Shown: positions 21,274 through 37,769 of the stretch, piece by piece
How positions within the stretch are numbered: position 1 is the stretch's first letter
Layout: each line of letters opens with the position of its first letter
From: the human T2T-CHM13v2.0 reference genome, Homo sapiens
Assembly: GCF_009914755.1 (NCBI RefSeq)
Contig: NC_060938.1
Length of the DNA: 64,000 nt
Direction: 5' to 3' (one strand)
Made by a program: the position numbers and the translations under genes
Notes under the pieces: generated by a model
What the model was told of the DNA's origin: nothing
The model's database searches: none
Seen by the model: only the letters and a program-made list of their open reading frames with translations

Positions 21274-21627
21274 TGTCTTGGTTCATTCAGGCTGCTGTAA
21301 CAAAACACTGTAGACTGTAGCTTAAACAACAGACATTTATTTCTCACAGTTCTGGAGGATGAGAAGTCCGAGATCAAGGCACTCCGATTCAGTGTCTGGT
21401 GGGGGCTCATTTCCTTATTCATAGAGGGCCGTGTTCTTGCTGTGCCTCACATGGTGGAAGGGACAAAGGGACTCTAGGGTCTCTTTTGTAATGGTAAAAA
21501 CCCCATTTGTAAGAGCGCCATCCTTATGACTTAATCACCTGCCAAAAGCCCTACTTCCTAATGCCATCAAATCAAGGATTGGGATTTCAACATGTGAATG
21601 TTGAAGAGAAAATCTGGTCTGTAGCAA
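21274..21627. mobile_element. MaLR LTR (MLT1A/MST-like)
   Basis: ggctgctgtaacaaaacactgtagactg...atttcaacatgtgaat. Confidence 0.7.
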
Positions 21628-23508
21628 CCGTTCACCCTTTTCAATGGGATTATGAATCCTCTAGTTCACAGTAGCCCTACCTAGTCACCACTATACCCTC
21701 CACTGTAGACCTTTGAGTCTGAGAGCCCTGAGAAAGCTAAGATGTATAGTTGAGGAAGGGAGAACAAGTAACAAACTTTAATCTTTTATGCTATGCTAAA
21801 GATTTTAGCTTTATCCTCTGGGCATTGGGGAGCTAGTAAGGAGTATTCAACAGGGAAGTGAGATGATCAGATATGCATTTTAAAGTGATTCCTTCAACAT
21901 CATCAAAATATTCACATGGAGAAGGCATTGGAGAAGTGTATGACCAGGAGGAAGCAGGCAGGTGGAAAACTCAAAGGATGAAAAATAATAAGGTCTGAAC
22001 TGGAGCCGTCAGCATGGGAATGGACAGAAGGAGGCCAAAACAGGAAGTATTAAAAAGCTGAAAAGGCAATACTAAATCACCAGTTAAATACACAGTGACA
22101 GGGAAGGAAGAGCTACGATGACTCTCAGGTGTGAGGTTACAGAGATATGGAGGAGAGGCAAATTTAAGAAAGAGACACTAAGTTCAGTCTTGTACATGTT
22201 GATTTTTACCGCTCAGGGACCATCAGGATGGAGGTGTTTGTATACATGAATCTGAAACTCAGAAGACAGAGAACGGCCAGAGGTGGTGATTAGGAATTCA
22301 CTGGATGGCTGGCAGCTGAAACCACAGGAGCAATAAGACAGCTAAAGACAAGCATGTGGAGTTAGGAGACAGCCCAGCAAAGGATCTGCAGGACAGTCAG
22401 AGGACCGTCTGAGGAAAGGAGCTAGGACAGGAAATCACATGGAATTGCATCCAGTGCTTCTTAGATTATAAACAAGTCTTATAATGATAAGATTGTTCTT
22501 GTGCTTTTCTCCTTTGTTGTCAAAACAAAATGCAATCTGATTTGGGATTTATATTCTTACCCTAAGAAATCTAGCTAGCAAGGGAAAAAAATTGTTTCTA
22601 TTCTTAAAGGAGAAACATAGTTCTGATTTTCTAATTTTATATTTACCTTCTGGAAAAAAAAAACCTTTTTCTTATTTAATTTTACAGAGGATAAAAAAGA
22701 AGTAAGAAAATAGAGTCTCTGAATATAGATCTTTCAACTGAAAAACTGGGCTGTGAAGGTAAAAGTGATATGGGACTAGGTGGATTTTTTTTGGTTTGGG
22801 GGTGTGGCAGTTGTTTTGTTTTGTTTTTGTGCTTTTGTGTTTGTTTTTGTTTTAATATTGGAGAGACTTGAGCTCTTCTATGGACTCTGAAAAGCCAATA
22901 CTGAAGAAAAGGCAGAGGAGAGAGGAGTAACCAATGCTGCAAGGTTCCACAGAAGAGAAGGGGTTTTCATTATAGAAGAGATGCCTCATTTGGACTAGAG
23001 GAAAAAACACATGAGTGTTGTTAGGGGCAGATAGAAGGCCAGACCACCAGCTGAGAAAGCAGGGGAGTGGGGCTACTTCTTGAAGACAATGGCAAAGCTC
23101 ATGGGAGGAAGTGGGGGATAAGCAAAAAGACAAGTGGGCACAGGACTCTAGTCAAGGCGTTTTCACTTTCCATTTGCCTATTTCATAGAGAAAGGCTTTT
23201 AACTGCCTTCTATCTAAATTGAATAAAAAGAAAGTGACAAACTTAAAAGGAAATAAGAAATGGACAAGATGATATATACTATGTAATTAAGAAGAGGGTA
23301 AGTTTATAATTATCCATTTGCTTATTTATTTTTCATCACTATTTTTTAAGACAGGGGTCTTGCTGTGTTGCCTGGGCTGGTCTTGAACTCCTGTGCTCAA
23401 GCCATCCTTCTGCCTCAGCCTCACAAGCTCGTTCACTTATTCATTCAACAGATGGTAAACAGACCAAATTCCCACCTCATTGAGCATACATTTTAGTCCT
23501 CTCCATAT

Positions 23509-23752
23509 ACAGTCATCCCTTGGTATCTCAAAGGGATTCGTTCCAAGATACCCTATCCCCACCTCTGCCACCCTCACCCCCCAGCAGATACTAAAGTGCT
23601 CAAGTCCCATAGCCGGCCCTGTAGAACCCAATGATAGGAAAAGTTGGCCCCCCATATATGTGGGTTCTGTATCCCGTGAATACTATATTTTCAATCCATG
23701 GCTGGGTGACTCTGTGGATGCAAAACCAGTGGAGACAGAGAGCCAATTGTAT
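23509..23752. mobile_element. MER2-like (Tigger) DNA transposon fragment
   Basis: tacagtcatcccttggtatc ... gagccaattgta termini. Confidence 0.6.
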
Positions 23753-24724
23753 ACCAAGACAGTCCTTGCTAAATTTCATTAAAACTGTTTGGTTTTACCA
23801 GGACCCACTGCTGTACAGGGCATGCCAAGAGATAGACTCTCTTTCTAATCCAGGGCTGTTTTCTGAAGCGCAAACAAGTGTGAATCAGCTACAGTTTGGA
23901 CAGGTTGGCTAATACTCATGCAAATAAAGCTGGAAGGGCATTTCAGAAAAACAATGCCATCACTCAGTTGGCATTTCACCAGGCTTCCAGACTTAGTCTC
24001 TGAAAGAATTAGTGTTTTCTAATAATCCACCTGACAGATTATGTTCAGAATGTGATTTTCTGATTAAGGCACTAAGCACAAAACTACTTCTGGACTAAGC
24101 AGCCGCCAGACACTGCAAAATCAATGCAAGTTCCCCCAGGTGTTTGCTGCGGAAGCTGAAAGGGGCAAAGGGATGTGGCCATATCCTTTCTGGCCAAGTT
24201 TCAGGATACATAGATTTAAAGGACAGAACTGTAACCAGGATTTGGCCACCTCGGGAAGGAACATGATGTTTGGACAACATCCTTCCCAGACTGAAAGCTG
24301 CTCAGACATGGATCGTCATTCCAGGCATTTGGCATGCTGGTTTGCACTAGCAGCCAAGTGCATAATTGCCAGGAAGTGGCCAAATCCACAGAGACACCAC
24401 TCACTCCTGAATGCTGAAAAATGTTTGTAATATACGGTAATAAATGCAAGCCTGACTCACTTAATCAGATTTGAATCCCGGACTGGGGATTTCTGCACAA
24501 GAGGGAGATGTTTACTGAAATCCTGCTTTTCTCGGCTGCCATCTCCCATTCCAGGAAGAACAGAACTACTGGATGGCCTTGCCATTTCTGTTTTATATTT
24601 TTGGTCATTAATATGGATTCTTATAAGATATGGGTTCTCAACTCATTCTGAATGTACTTCAGTATGAAGTGATTAAAATAAGGCTCTTTCTCCTTATTTT
24701 AGATTATATTTAAGCAGAACTAAG

Positions 24725-25040
24725 TGCTGGGCACAGTGGCTCACGCCTGTAAATGCAGGCCTTTAGGAGGCCAAGGCGGGCAGATTGCCTGAGCCCAGAA
24801 GTTCAAGACCAGCCTGGGCAACATGGTGAAACCTTGTCTCTACAAAAAATACCAAAAAAAAGAAATTAGCTGTGCGTAGTGGCACGTGCCTGTGTCCCAC
24901 CTACTCGGAAGACTGAGGTGGGAGGATCGCTTGAGATTGGGAGGTTGAAGCTGCAGTCAGTCATGATTGTGCCACTGCACTCCAGCCTGGATGACAGAGC
25001 AAGACCCTGTCTCAAAAAATAAATAATAAAATAAGATAAA
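24725..25040 (+). mobile_element. Alu (J-type)
   Basis: Alu sequence flanked by gaactaagt. Confidence 0.88.
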
Positions 25041-27051
25041 ATGAACTAAGTATTCCTGAAAGATAGAGATTTAAGAGTATCACGCCGTTCTCCATTCCTG
25101 GCAAATTTAACTACCCAATCTCATCTCATTACCAAAACCAACAAGATGAGATGGGGAAAAGATGCCAGTTACACTCTCCTGTGAGAGTTGTCTGATTCAA
25201 GACCTGTCTGGGCTTGGAGCAGTTGGGTAGGTGAATAGCCCAGCTTCCGAAGCTGGCTGAACTTTCCCCTAAAATTAAGTTGGGAATCATGTTGGTTCCA
25301 AGCTGATTATCCCAGCATCCTTGACATACAGCCTTAGTTCCTCAAGTTCAGAAATCTGACTTCCCCAAAGATTAACCCAGCCCCAGTCAACTGATTGATA
25401 CCAAACTCAGCAGGAAATCCTCGGAGTTCAGAAGTCAGTTCATCCATTTTCAAGTGGCAATTTCATTCTACCTGCCACAGATGAGGGAATTATCATTCAG
25501 GTTAAGTATCTCGGTGATTTATCCAAGGACACGTGGCTAATTGCTGAAATAGGACTTGAATCCGGTCTTTTGAGTTCAGAGCCCTTTTCCTTTCTGCTAG
25601 AGCACCTTGCCTTCCTGGTGGAAACCCCACATGCAAGTACGAGAGATTACAGCGTGGCTTCCAAGAAGAGCAAACTGCACTTTGGGGAAGGGGGAGAGAC
25701 AACAGGGTAAGGCAGGCCATGTGAAGAGAGATGCAGTGGATGGCAGATCCTGTGTCACTGAGGTCAGGAGCCAGAGTCCAGGTCCAAGGCAGGCCAAGGA
25801 TTGGAGGAAATAGCAAGAGACTGTTAGGGCCCATTAGGAACTAGGAAACAAATGAAATAGAAACTGTCTCAGGAATACAGCCAAAGCCAGGTTAGGAAAA
25901 CTGGGCACGAGGGTATGGGGAGGACCCACCACCACAATGATTAACCTCTGGCTGGGTTTCAGAGCATCCTACCCCAGCTCCTTCAATCCCCCCTTGTGAT
26001 ATCTTGTGATCTCTTTCAACCACAGGAGAAAGGAAGAAATAGTCTTCAGCCAGAGCAGAGCAGAGCCTGTAGATGGAGCCAAGTAGCTGCCAGCTAGGGG
26101 CTGAGAGGCAAGGCAAGACCCACAGGCTAGGAGATTACTGCAATGCTCACTCCAGCCATCGGAGGTCAAAATTCTTCTCTACATAGTGTATTTCTTGACT
26201 ATTTTAAAACGTGTTGTTGATTGTTTTACTTCTATAACATTTTCCTAAAGATGGCTTGAGAGAGGGTGACCCTGTATAATTAACCATTCAAAGCAGGAGG
26301 CTTGCAAGAGTGAAAGGGAGAGCTGTTAATAATTATGCCAGTACGACAGTCACAAACCAGGACTAACCTATGCCGCTGAGGACACACGGTCAGCCTCAGC
26401 TTGAGACCAAGCTCTCAGGACTCACCCAGGCCTGAGCACAGCTAGCAGAGGGTGAGGTAATCTTGCTAGGATTGTTTACAGGAGAGGCCAGAGGACTCCT
26501 GGGAAGTAACTCACCCTAAGGGAAGAGAAAGTCAAAGCACACAAATTGAGTTCAGTGACATCAAGACAGGGCCAGAGGGGAGGGACGAGTCTTGGTGCCT
26601 CCCAGTGGTGGTCAGCCCCAGCGCCCTCTGATCCAGGTGCCATGGATCTTAAAAGCAGATGAAACTAAAAAGAGCTGTTTTGTTAAAATTTCCGCAGGAC
26701 CTTGAAGTTGCAAGGATTAGCAAAATCCTGTGCCAGCAATATCAGCAGCAACAGAGAAGGTGCAGCTGGCATTGCAGTAAAGTGGGACATTGGTGGGCTT
26801 GGGCAGTGATCTGAGACTTTACCCCAGCAAAGGAGAGCCAGAAGATGGTGGGTGCCTTGCTCTTATATCTTAGAGGATACAGAGGCCATCCTGGAGGACT
26901 CACTGAACTATTATGAGGAGTAGAGAGACTGCAGTTTCACACAGTGAAGAGAGGAAGAACCAGAGAAATAATATTTTGTAAAGGATAATAACTGTGACTT
27001 TAATTTCATTCCCAATCTGTGATGTTTGGAAAACTCAGGTAATATTTCTTT

Positions 27052-27135
27052 CATCAGAGTGTGAGGTACTCACATCAGAGTGTGAGGTACTCACATCAGA
27101 GTGTGAGGTACTCACATCAGAGTGTGAGGTACTCA
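27052..27135. repeat. Perfect minisatellite, 4 x CATCAGAGTGTGAGGTACTCA (21 bp)
   Basis: Four identical head-to-tail copies. Confidence 0.97.
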
Positions 27136-27479
27136 CTGATGTTATGTCTAAATTAGAGAACCTTCTTAATTTGGAGCCACTCAGTTTATATTAGTATGGT
27201 CTAGAGTAGGCACATACTCCCAAAATATATACATTGCAATTATATGTGCATTTATAAAATAATGCAGCAAAATATTTACACATGGTTAATTAACATGTAA
27301 TATAGAAACATTTTCTAAAAGGTCCTAAAAATTATGGGCTTTTGCTATCTCTTAAAGAATGTCATCTACTGATTCTAATATTCAACTGGTTAGTCTTTCA
27401 ACCATTTGAAATTAAATGCTGCTTTGAAATAGCTCACTCACTAAATAGCTAAAGTGATAACACAGACACTACACAGGCA

Positions 27480-28010
27480 AAGATGTTGAGCTAGAATTAT
27501 AACACAGTGCTAGTGGGAATGTGAATTCATATAAGCTCTTTGGAAAACTGTTTGGCAGTATCGACTAAAAGATGAACATATGCACTTCCACTCCTGTTAT
27601 ATACCCAACAGCAATGTATACAACATGTTTACCAAAAGACATAGAAAAGAATGTTTATAGCAGCACTTCATAATAGCCCCAAACTGGAAATGACCCAACA
27701 GTAGATTGGATGAATAACTTATGATATATTCATACAATGGAATACTGCCATGAGAACAAACAAGTACAACCACACACAATAACATGAATGAATCTCACAA
27801 ACAAAGTCAAGCAAAAGAAGCCAGACACAAAAGATTCCATTTAGATAGAATTCGCAAACAAGCGAAATTAAGCCATGGCATCAGGAGAGAAAAGAGATGT
27901 TACCCTGGGAAGGGGCTAGTGGATGGGGACACAAAGGAGGCTCTGGGTGCTGGGAATGTTCCATTTCTTGATCTGGGTGCTGGTTACGCGGGTATGAAAA
28001 TTTATCGATC
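27480..28010 (+). mobile_element. L1ME 3' fragment
   Basis: ttggaaaactgtttggcagtatc ... cttgatctgggtgctggttac. Confidence 0.7.
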
Positions 28011-29343
28011 CTATTATTGATTGTCCTTTGTGCTGCATTCTACTAGGTGAACTAGTCACTAGGGCCAGCCCATGTTTAGGAAGAGAGTATTGGACTCCAC
28101 CTCTTTATGGGGAGTGGCAAGCTACATCACAGCAGAGTAAGTGGGATGAATGATACTGTTATGAAAACACAATTTATTCCTATTATAAAATACAATAGAA
28201 TTTTTCAAATTTAATGAATATTTTAAATAAATTTTACAATCTACGCCAATTATCCAGTGCAAATTAGAACTCAGCATCATCTTGGGGTAAAGCAGAAAGC
28301 TTGGGAAGGTAAAGAAGAAAGTGAGAGCACCAGCCACTAAAGCACATGCTGCAGCTTGGGTCATATGCCTTCCCTGGACCCACAACTATGACCAGACAAA
28401 TAGGGTAGAAATAGGGTACATTTACGAGTGAGTCCTAACCATGTGCCCAACAAGACCACATGAAATAAGAGAAGGGCAATTCTCCAAAGGGAGAAGCAAT
28501 GGGGAAACCAGATGTCTACTGCAGACCTCATGTACTGCATCTGATGGTCATACAAGAGAAATTCTTGTATTTTTTTAGAGATGGTCTTACTCTGTTCACC
28601 CAGGCTGGAGGGCCCTGGTGCCATCATAGCTCACTGTCACTTCAAACTCCTGGATTCTAGCAATCCTCCTGGCTCTGCCTCCCAAGTAGCTGGGGCTATG
28701 GAGCGCACCACCATGCCCAGCATCATGTGAGAAATCTTAAACTTGGTATGTCAAGAATGAGGAAGTATGTTCCTTCCAAATTACATTCAACTCTGAAACT
28801 CCAGCCTTCTCTACCTAACACATGTCAAATCCATTCGCATTAATATTAAAATATTTTTAAAATATGGATCTAGTGGTAAAACACCCATCCAAGTGCAACT
28901 ATGGATAGGAATGATGTTTAATTTCTCCTTGAGCACTTCTCAACAGACTCACTTGTCTATGAACATGTGTTAACACTTTCCTCTCTGGTAGTTTGAAAAA
29001 TCTTCCACATTGTTTTGCACACATACATTTCTGTTAACAGCCATGAGTCAGTCATACACCAAAAATTTAACTGAAGACTACAGGTGTGGCAGGCTGAACT
29101 TAACCCTCCCCTCTTCCTCTCAGGAGAGAATCTTGGGGAGTAGAGGCAAACCAGGTGACTCTGATGCCATCCAATCAGATGGCTCAGCCAGAGGCCTTGT
29201 CTGTTTATGTGGGACCCTCCATGATGAAGGGACCAAGCCGAGCAGAAGAGAGCGCATTAGCATTATAAGGCCAGAATCATTGCTTTGCAAGTAGACTTAA
29301 AAAATGTATTAGAAGAAACACATACTTCTCTCAGAGACTAGCC

Positions 29344-29546
29344 CAGGGGTAGGCAAAATTTTTCTGTAAAGAGCCACATAGTAAGTACTTCAGGCTTCCC
29401 AGCCATAAGGTCTCTGTTGCAACTACTCATCACTATTGTTGTAGTGCAAAAGCAGCCATAGATAATATCAGCAGAAAGGAGTGTGAAGCTTGACAAAACA
29501 GGCCTGTGGGTTTTGTCTCATCAGCCAACGTTTGCCAACCCCTGGA
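29344..29546. mobile_element. MER58-like hAT MITE
   Basis: TIRs caggggtaggcaaa / tttgccaacccctg. Confidence 0.75.
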
Positions 29547-30500
29547 CTACACGGGGGGAAGAAAAACACAGCTACAACACAGAGGTGAATTGTGTTTGTC
29601 ACGGGCTAAAGAGAAAACCTGGGCAAACCCTGCCTGCAGAGAGAACAAATGGAAGCTGAAACACCCCTGATTTACCCTAGCCCCCCACCTCCTTCCTACT
29701 GTGGGACCAGAGCTGGTCCTCCCCTCTCTGCAGAGTCAGCAGGAGCTAGAACAGATTGGGGCTCTGCTCACATCCTGCTGACGCCAGAGGTGGCAGAATT
29801 TGCACGACACTCTAAGGGACTGGGATTTCCTTCATCACCGGGAGTGGGGTAGGGGAGACAATAGATTCTGAGGAAATGAGCAGACACCTAATGCTCAAGA
29901 ATGAAAAGAAAATCTGGGGAGCTAACTCTGGGAGAATGGGGAGAAGGTGAGGGTTAGAGAGTGAGGGAGTACCCAACATCCTGAAGCCCACCCAGAAAGG
30001 ACTTGTCCCCTGTGTCACACAGAGGTGTGAATTCGTTTACCTGGACCCTCTTCTTGGATCCTTCAACGTAGGAACTTCTTAAGCCCTCACAAGGTCCTGT
30101 TTCCCCTCCTCCCCCCCGTCCTCCTCCCCCAGTCAGCTCCTCCCACACTGGCCTCCTTGCTGTTCCTCAGACACACCCAGCCTTTGCATCTCCTTACTCT
30201 TGAAACTGAAAACTCTTCCCCTAAATATTCACATGGCTTACTCCCTCTCTTCATTCGGGTGCTTCTCAAATGACATCGCAGAGATGCCTTCTCTGACTTT
30301 TCTATCTAGAATAACATTCTCATGAGGCCCCACTCTTTTAATTTTTTCCCATAACATATATCACCACCTGACTATCACTCCCAAGAGCATGTGAACCCAA
30401 ACAAAAGCAGCGATCTTGTCTATTTTATTCACTACAGTATTCCCAGCACCTTGAATAGTACCTGGGGTATAGATGGTGCTCATAAATATTTACTGAGTGA

Positions 30501-31266
<766 letters not shown>

Positions 31267-31872
31267 ATTTGTATCTGGCCTGAAGATGTATAAGAAGGTA
31301 TTCAGAAAGTGGTGGGCCCTCTGCTCCATAATAATCCCATGGCCACCGGCCACCCACTGTGGAGAACTAACAGAACCAGCCCGTAGCCCATTAGACCAAT
31401 CCCTGCCTCCTTTCCTATAACCCCAACTCACAAGAGTAACGAGATGTGACTATGCCACATAAAAAGAGGGCTTGCATGATTAACTATAGTGTTGCCTTCA
31501 GTTTTGGTTTTATTTTCTTCTATCAGTTGTTTTGTTGGAGGGTGGCTGTTTTTGCAGAGAAGGAATTCCCTTTGTTAATTTAAAAAGTGAAGATTATACA
31601 ATTTTATTTCAAAAGCCTCAAACTTCAATGCCCATGGGACATTGAAGACAACAGAATTAAGCGAGATAAGGTTGTATATGGCAACAGGGAGTGATGAAGC
31701 TTATGGACAAATAATTTGGCCTAAAAGAGGTCTAATGGCCTTTCAAGGAATGGAAGAGAGAATTAAGGAAAGTAGTTCTGGCTTATTGTTTCCATGTGGG
31801 AAAACAGACCCTTTGCTGTGACATCAGATTTTTTTAGAGAAATCTACCCCACCCCACCCGCATGTTCCCTGC

Positions 31873-33154
<1,282 letters not shown>

Positions 33155-33529
33155 TTAATAAAATAGCAGCAAACCACCACAAAACAGAGAGGGTCAACAA
33201 TCCAAAAGTTCTTTGAAATGAATAATTTACAGGTAATAATACTCCTCATAAAACAATTGATTCTCATAAAATGTTTTTGTTGATTTTTGCCAACTTTTGT
33301 ATGCTTTTAAGTGACGGACGGGTGTAGTTGTAGCATGAATGTTGATTGGCACATTCATTTACATTAATGAGCAAGACAAAAGTGAAACAACAAAGAATTG
33401 CATTCATTCATCAATGACATGAGCAAAGTCCACTGAATAGGATAACACTTGTCAAATACTAACAGAACATTTCCTCAACATTTTGGTGCTACTCACAACG
33501 TAACAGCTAGAGGTATAGCACACTATAAA

Positions 33530-33730
33530 CTGAATCTGCCTTTTGCCCTCCTGGGGACTTTTGGCAATGGCCATTTTTATTGTTATGACTGAGAAGGTTC
33601 TACTGGAATCTGGTGGGTAAAGGCCAGGGATGCTAATAAGCCTCCTACAATACACAGGTCAGCCCCTCACAGCAAATAATTACCTGGTCCAGAATGTCAA
33701 TACTGCTGAGATTCAGAAATCCAGATCTAG
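33530..33730. mobile_element. MER20 DNA transposon
   Basis: ggccagggatgct...agaatgtcaatactgctgag. Confidence 0.65.
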
Positions 33731-34313
33731 ACTACCAACAAAATAATAAATCAAGGCTGATTTGTGGTGTTTTAGCCGTTTCAGATTATCTTAAGGCAAA
33801 CAGGGACTGAGATGATTCACAGCTGGCTTCAGATCATCTGGAAACCGGCCTATTTTCATTCACTCTTACTCCTAGGGTATGGCCCTTTAGAGTCCCAGTT
33901 GAAAGCCTTGGGTTCTTATCAAGACCCTCCTTTTCGACAAGCCCTGAACCCGATTTTTTATCTACTGGCTCTTTGAGTCCATAGACAGCTCCACTTTCAG
34001 AATTAAAAGCAGCCATTAGGGGCAAATAGCCCCAAATGCCAGACCCACATCTCTGCATTCCTCTCCCCTCCCAGATCTTTGCCCTATAATTTCTCACCTC
34101 CTTAGTAGCTCTCTGATGCCTTGAAACATTTTTTAAAATATTTTTATCCAGCTTCCCTAGTTGTATTAAATGGGAAGACCTGTCTAAACTATGTAGCCAA
34201 TCATTGCCAGAAATGAGATCCTGGAATCATCTATTATAACTCTTAAAAGATGTCTCTGACTAATGAGAACAGTCTATAAGAGGCAGGAATGTCATCAGAA
34301 AGGCCATCAGGAG

Positions 34314-34602
34314 ACCAGGCGCAGTGGCTCACGCCTGTAATCCCAGCACTTTGGGAGGCTGAGGCTCAGGAGTTCCAGACCAGCCTGACCAACATGGTGA
34401 AACCCCATCTCTACTAAAAATACAAAAATTAGCCAGGCATGGTGGTACATGCCTGTAATCCCAACTACTTAGGAGGCTGAGCCAGGAGACTCACTTGAAC
34501 CTGGGCAGCAGAGGTTGCGGTGAGCTGAGATTCAAGCCACTGCATTCCAGCCCGGGCAACAGAGCAAAACTCCTCCTCAAAAAAAAAAAAAAAAAAAAAA
34601 AA
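34314..34602 (+). mobile_element. AluS with internal deletion
   Basis: Alu; flanked by agaaaggc(c/t)atcaggag. Confidence 0.87.
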
Positions 34603-35788
34603 AGAAAGGCTATCAGGAGCTGTGACAGTAGTCTAAGAGAGATATGATGATGATATGGAGTATGGTGGTGTTCATGTGTTTTAAATTATCTGATTCAGGA
34701 TACATTTCAAAAGGAGGGTATAATATCTTATAGGGCAATTGTGTGGATTAAATGTCTGTAAAGTGCTATGTCAGTCAGGATAGTCTAGGTATGCCTCAGT
34801 AATAAAAAGAAAAGTCTCAGTGATTTAAAATTCCAATAATGTTATGCCGTTATCATACTGCATGTCCACAGCAGGTCAGGTAAAGGCTCCACCTACACTA
34901 TCCTCACTCCAGACTGAGATCCTCTCTCTGTAACTAGGACAGAAGAAAAGAGAAAGTAGAAAAATCATATGCTGGCCCTTAAAAGCTTCCACATGGATGT
35001 GACACGTGCCACCTCCATTATCAGTGTATTGACTAGAACACGGATTAACAAACTTTCTCTGTAAAGGGCCAGATAGTAAAAAGTTTCAGCTTTGTAACCA
35101 CATGTGGTCTCTTTCACATACTTTATTTTTTTTTAATGCTATAAAAAAAGGTAGAAACCATTCTTAGCTTACAGGCTGAAGAATGTAGTTTGCTGACCCT
35201 AGAGTAAAGTTATCAGTTGGCCATCTCTACTTCCAGAAAGCAAGAAAGTGAAATTCTACTGTGGGCCCTGGAGAAAAAACTGAAGGTATTTTTGGACAGC
35301 ACCAATGATTACTACAAGCGCTTAGCAGTATCCACCACTTAGCAGATGCCCAATCTCTATTAATCATCATCATCATCGAGGTTTTCTGAACATGATTCTG
35401 AGGTTTCTTTTCCATTTTTCCCCTGAGATCTCAAAACTTGCCTTCACAACATTACATTCAAAACAAAGGTAGGAGAGGAAGGTTCTAACATGATTCTTCA
35501 TGATTCCCTAACACAATGATTTCCCTTCTCGCTTGCTGGCCTCCCAACTGCTTTCCTTACAAGATGTGCCTATTCTTACCTGAGGCTTTGCCCTTCTCCC
35601 AGTTCCAGCTGAAGCTCCAAGATGGCATCAAGCAATTGTTAGGCATGCAGGCTCTGGAGCCGAAATTCTGCCTTCAGATCCTGGCCCTTCCACTTATAAG
35701 TTGTGGGACTTTGGATAAACGGGACCTTAATTTCCCTCTTTGGTTTTCTGTTTCCTCATCTCTAAAATGAAGTTCATAATATTTACCT

Positions 35789-36094
<306 letters not shown>

Positions 36095-36481
36095 TTACCT
36101 CATAGTGCTATTGGGAGTGTTAAATTAGTGTATCATTTAGCTACTGCCACAAACCACCCCAAAACACAGTGGCTTAAAACAATTATTCTCACAGATGTAA
36201 GGGTCAGCTAAGGATTGACTGAGGGTCAGCTTACCTAAGCTGGACTCAGCTGGACAGCTCTACCTGCCTCAGCTGAGCTCCTCACGTACAGAGAATGCCT
36301 AGGGTTATTGGTTGATTTTGACTGAGGTCTGCTGGAGACCCAGCTTTATTTCCTATATGTCATATATTCCTCCTCAGATAAGTGGTCTACATCAATCATG
36401 TTTTTCTCATCGTAACAGAAGAGGGAAACAAGGACAAGCTTGACTGGGCAAAAACTTTTTGAACTTTTTGCCACATCATGC

Positions 36482-37769
36482 TGTGCAGAAAAGAGCATAG
36501 CAAGCCTGATACTGCTGTCCTTAGAAAAACCTGCTTGCAAGATTGCCCTTGGCTAGTATCTGGAAACTTGAATTTGTGGAGAGAGAACACTATCTCTGAT
36601 AAGAAAGCCTCACTGTACCTAAATATTTTGTGCAAACAATACTTTTATCCTGAAGATCTGCTTTCCTTCTGGGAGTCTGAAATTTTAGTACCTGCCAGGC
36701 AAAGGTGCCTGCATGATCAGCCCCCACTAGAAACCCTGGTCACCGAGTCTCTAATGAGTTTCCCTGACAGACAACGTTTTGAGATGGGAGAGTTCCCTGA
36801 CCCCCCTTGCAGATGGCAACAGGGGTGTGGCTTGTCTGTTCGGTCACCACCGCTGCTCAAACCCCTGACAGGAGGGGGAGCACGCAGACGGACAGGTACA
36901 GGAGCCCAAGTGGGTGTGTGTTACGGTGCACTCTTTTAGCCTTGCTGTCCATGGATAGCTTAAGAGTTAATCAGCTCAGTAGACCCTCTGCCTTTTTGCA
37001 AGGGCAGAGGGCCAATGTGACAGCTTTCTATATCCTGAGATCTTGTCCAGCATCCTGGAAGAACTGGGTCACACACAGACTTGAAGGATGGTGAAAGCAG
37101 AGGTTTTATTGAGTGGTGGAGGTGGGCTCTCAGTGGGATGGATGGGGAGCTACAAGGGGGATGAAGTGGGAAGATGATCTTCCCCTGGAGTTTCGCCACC
37201 CGGTAGCCGATCTCCTCTCCCACCAACCCCAGTTGAACTCCTCTCGGCATTCAGATGCTCTTTCTTTTCTCTCTGCTGCACCATTCTGCCATCCTTCTGG
37301 CTCTCTGATCATCTCCTGGTCTCCTTCTGGAGCTGGGGATTTGGGGTTTATATGGGTACAGGATAGGGGGGCGTGGAGGGCCAAAAGGCAACTTTTGGGT
37401 GCAAAAACAGGAATGCCTGTTCCCATTTAGGGCTGTGGGTATTCAGGCTTGAGGATGGGGCCTTTGCCAGGGAACTGCCCTCTTCTACCCAGTATTTCCC
37501 TGTCTCCTGTTGGCATCAGTTTCACACGTGTTGTCACAACCCGTTGTTTAGGGAATTAAGCACATCCTGTGTGACTCCCCAGGGAGAGGATGCGTGGATG
37601 CTTGAACCTAGTTTCCTCCAGACTTTGTCCCATGCCCCTTTCTTTTTGCTGATTTGCTCAGTATCCTTTCACTCTAACAATTCCTAGCCATGCGTGCAAC
37701 TGCATACTGAATCCTGACAATCCTAGTGAATCCTCAAATCTGGAAGTAGTCTTAGGGACCTCCCTGACA
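36482..37769 (+). mobile_element. MER21 LTR (5' LTR) interrupted by a second LTR
   Basis: Starts TGTGCAGAAAAGAG; ends gggacctccctgaca. Confidence 0.75.
36780..37518 (-). mobile_element. ERV1-type solo LTR nested in MER21, TSD GTTT
   Basis: gttt|TGAGATGGGAG ... GGCATCA|gttt. Confidence 0.75.

Noticed and set aside
27052-27135. CRISPR-like palindromic repeat array, or a coding repeat (SECEVLT)n
   Set aside because: No spacers, no cas genes, human context; the ORF is a by-product of the 21-bp period
26618-29796. CTCF-like motifs near 26620 and 29783
   Set aside because: Only partial matches; cannot be supported without a motif scan or ChIP data
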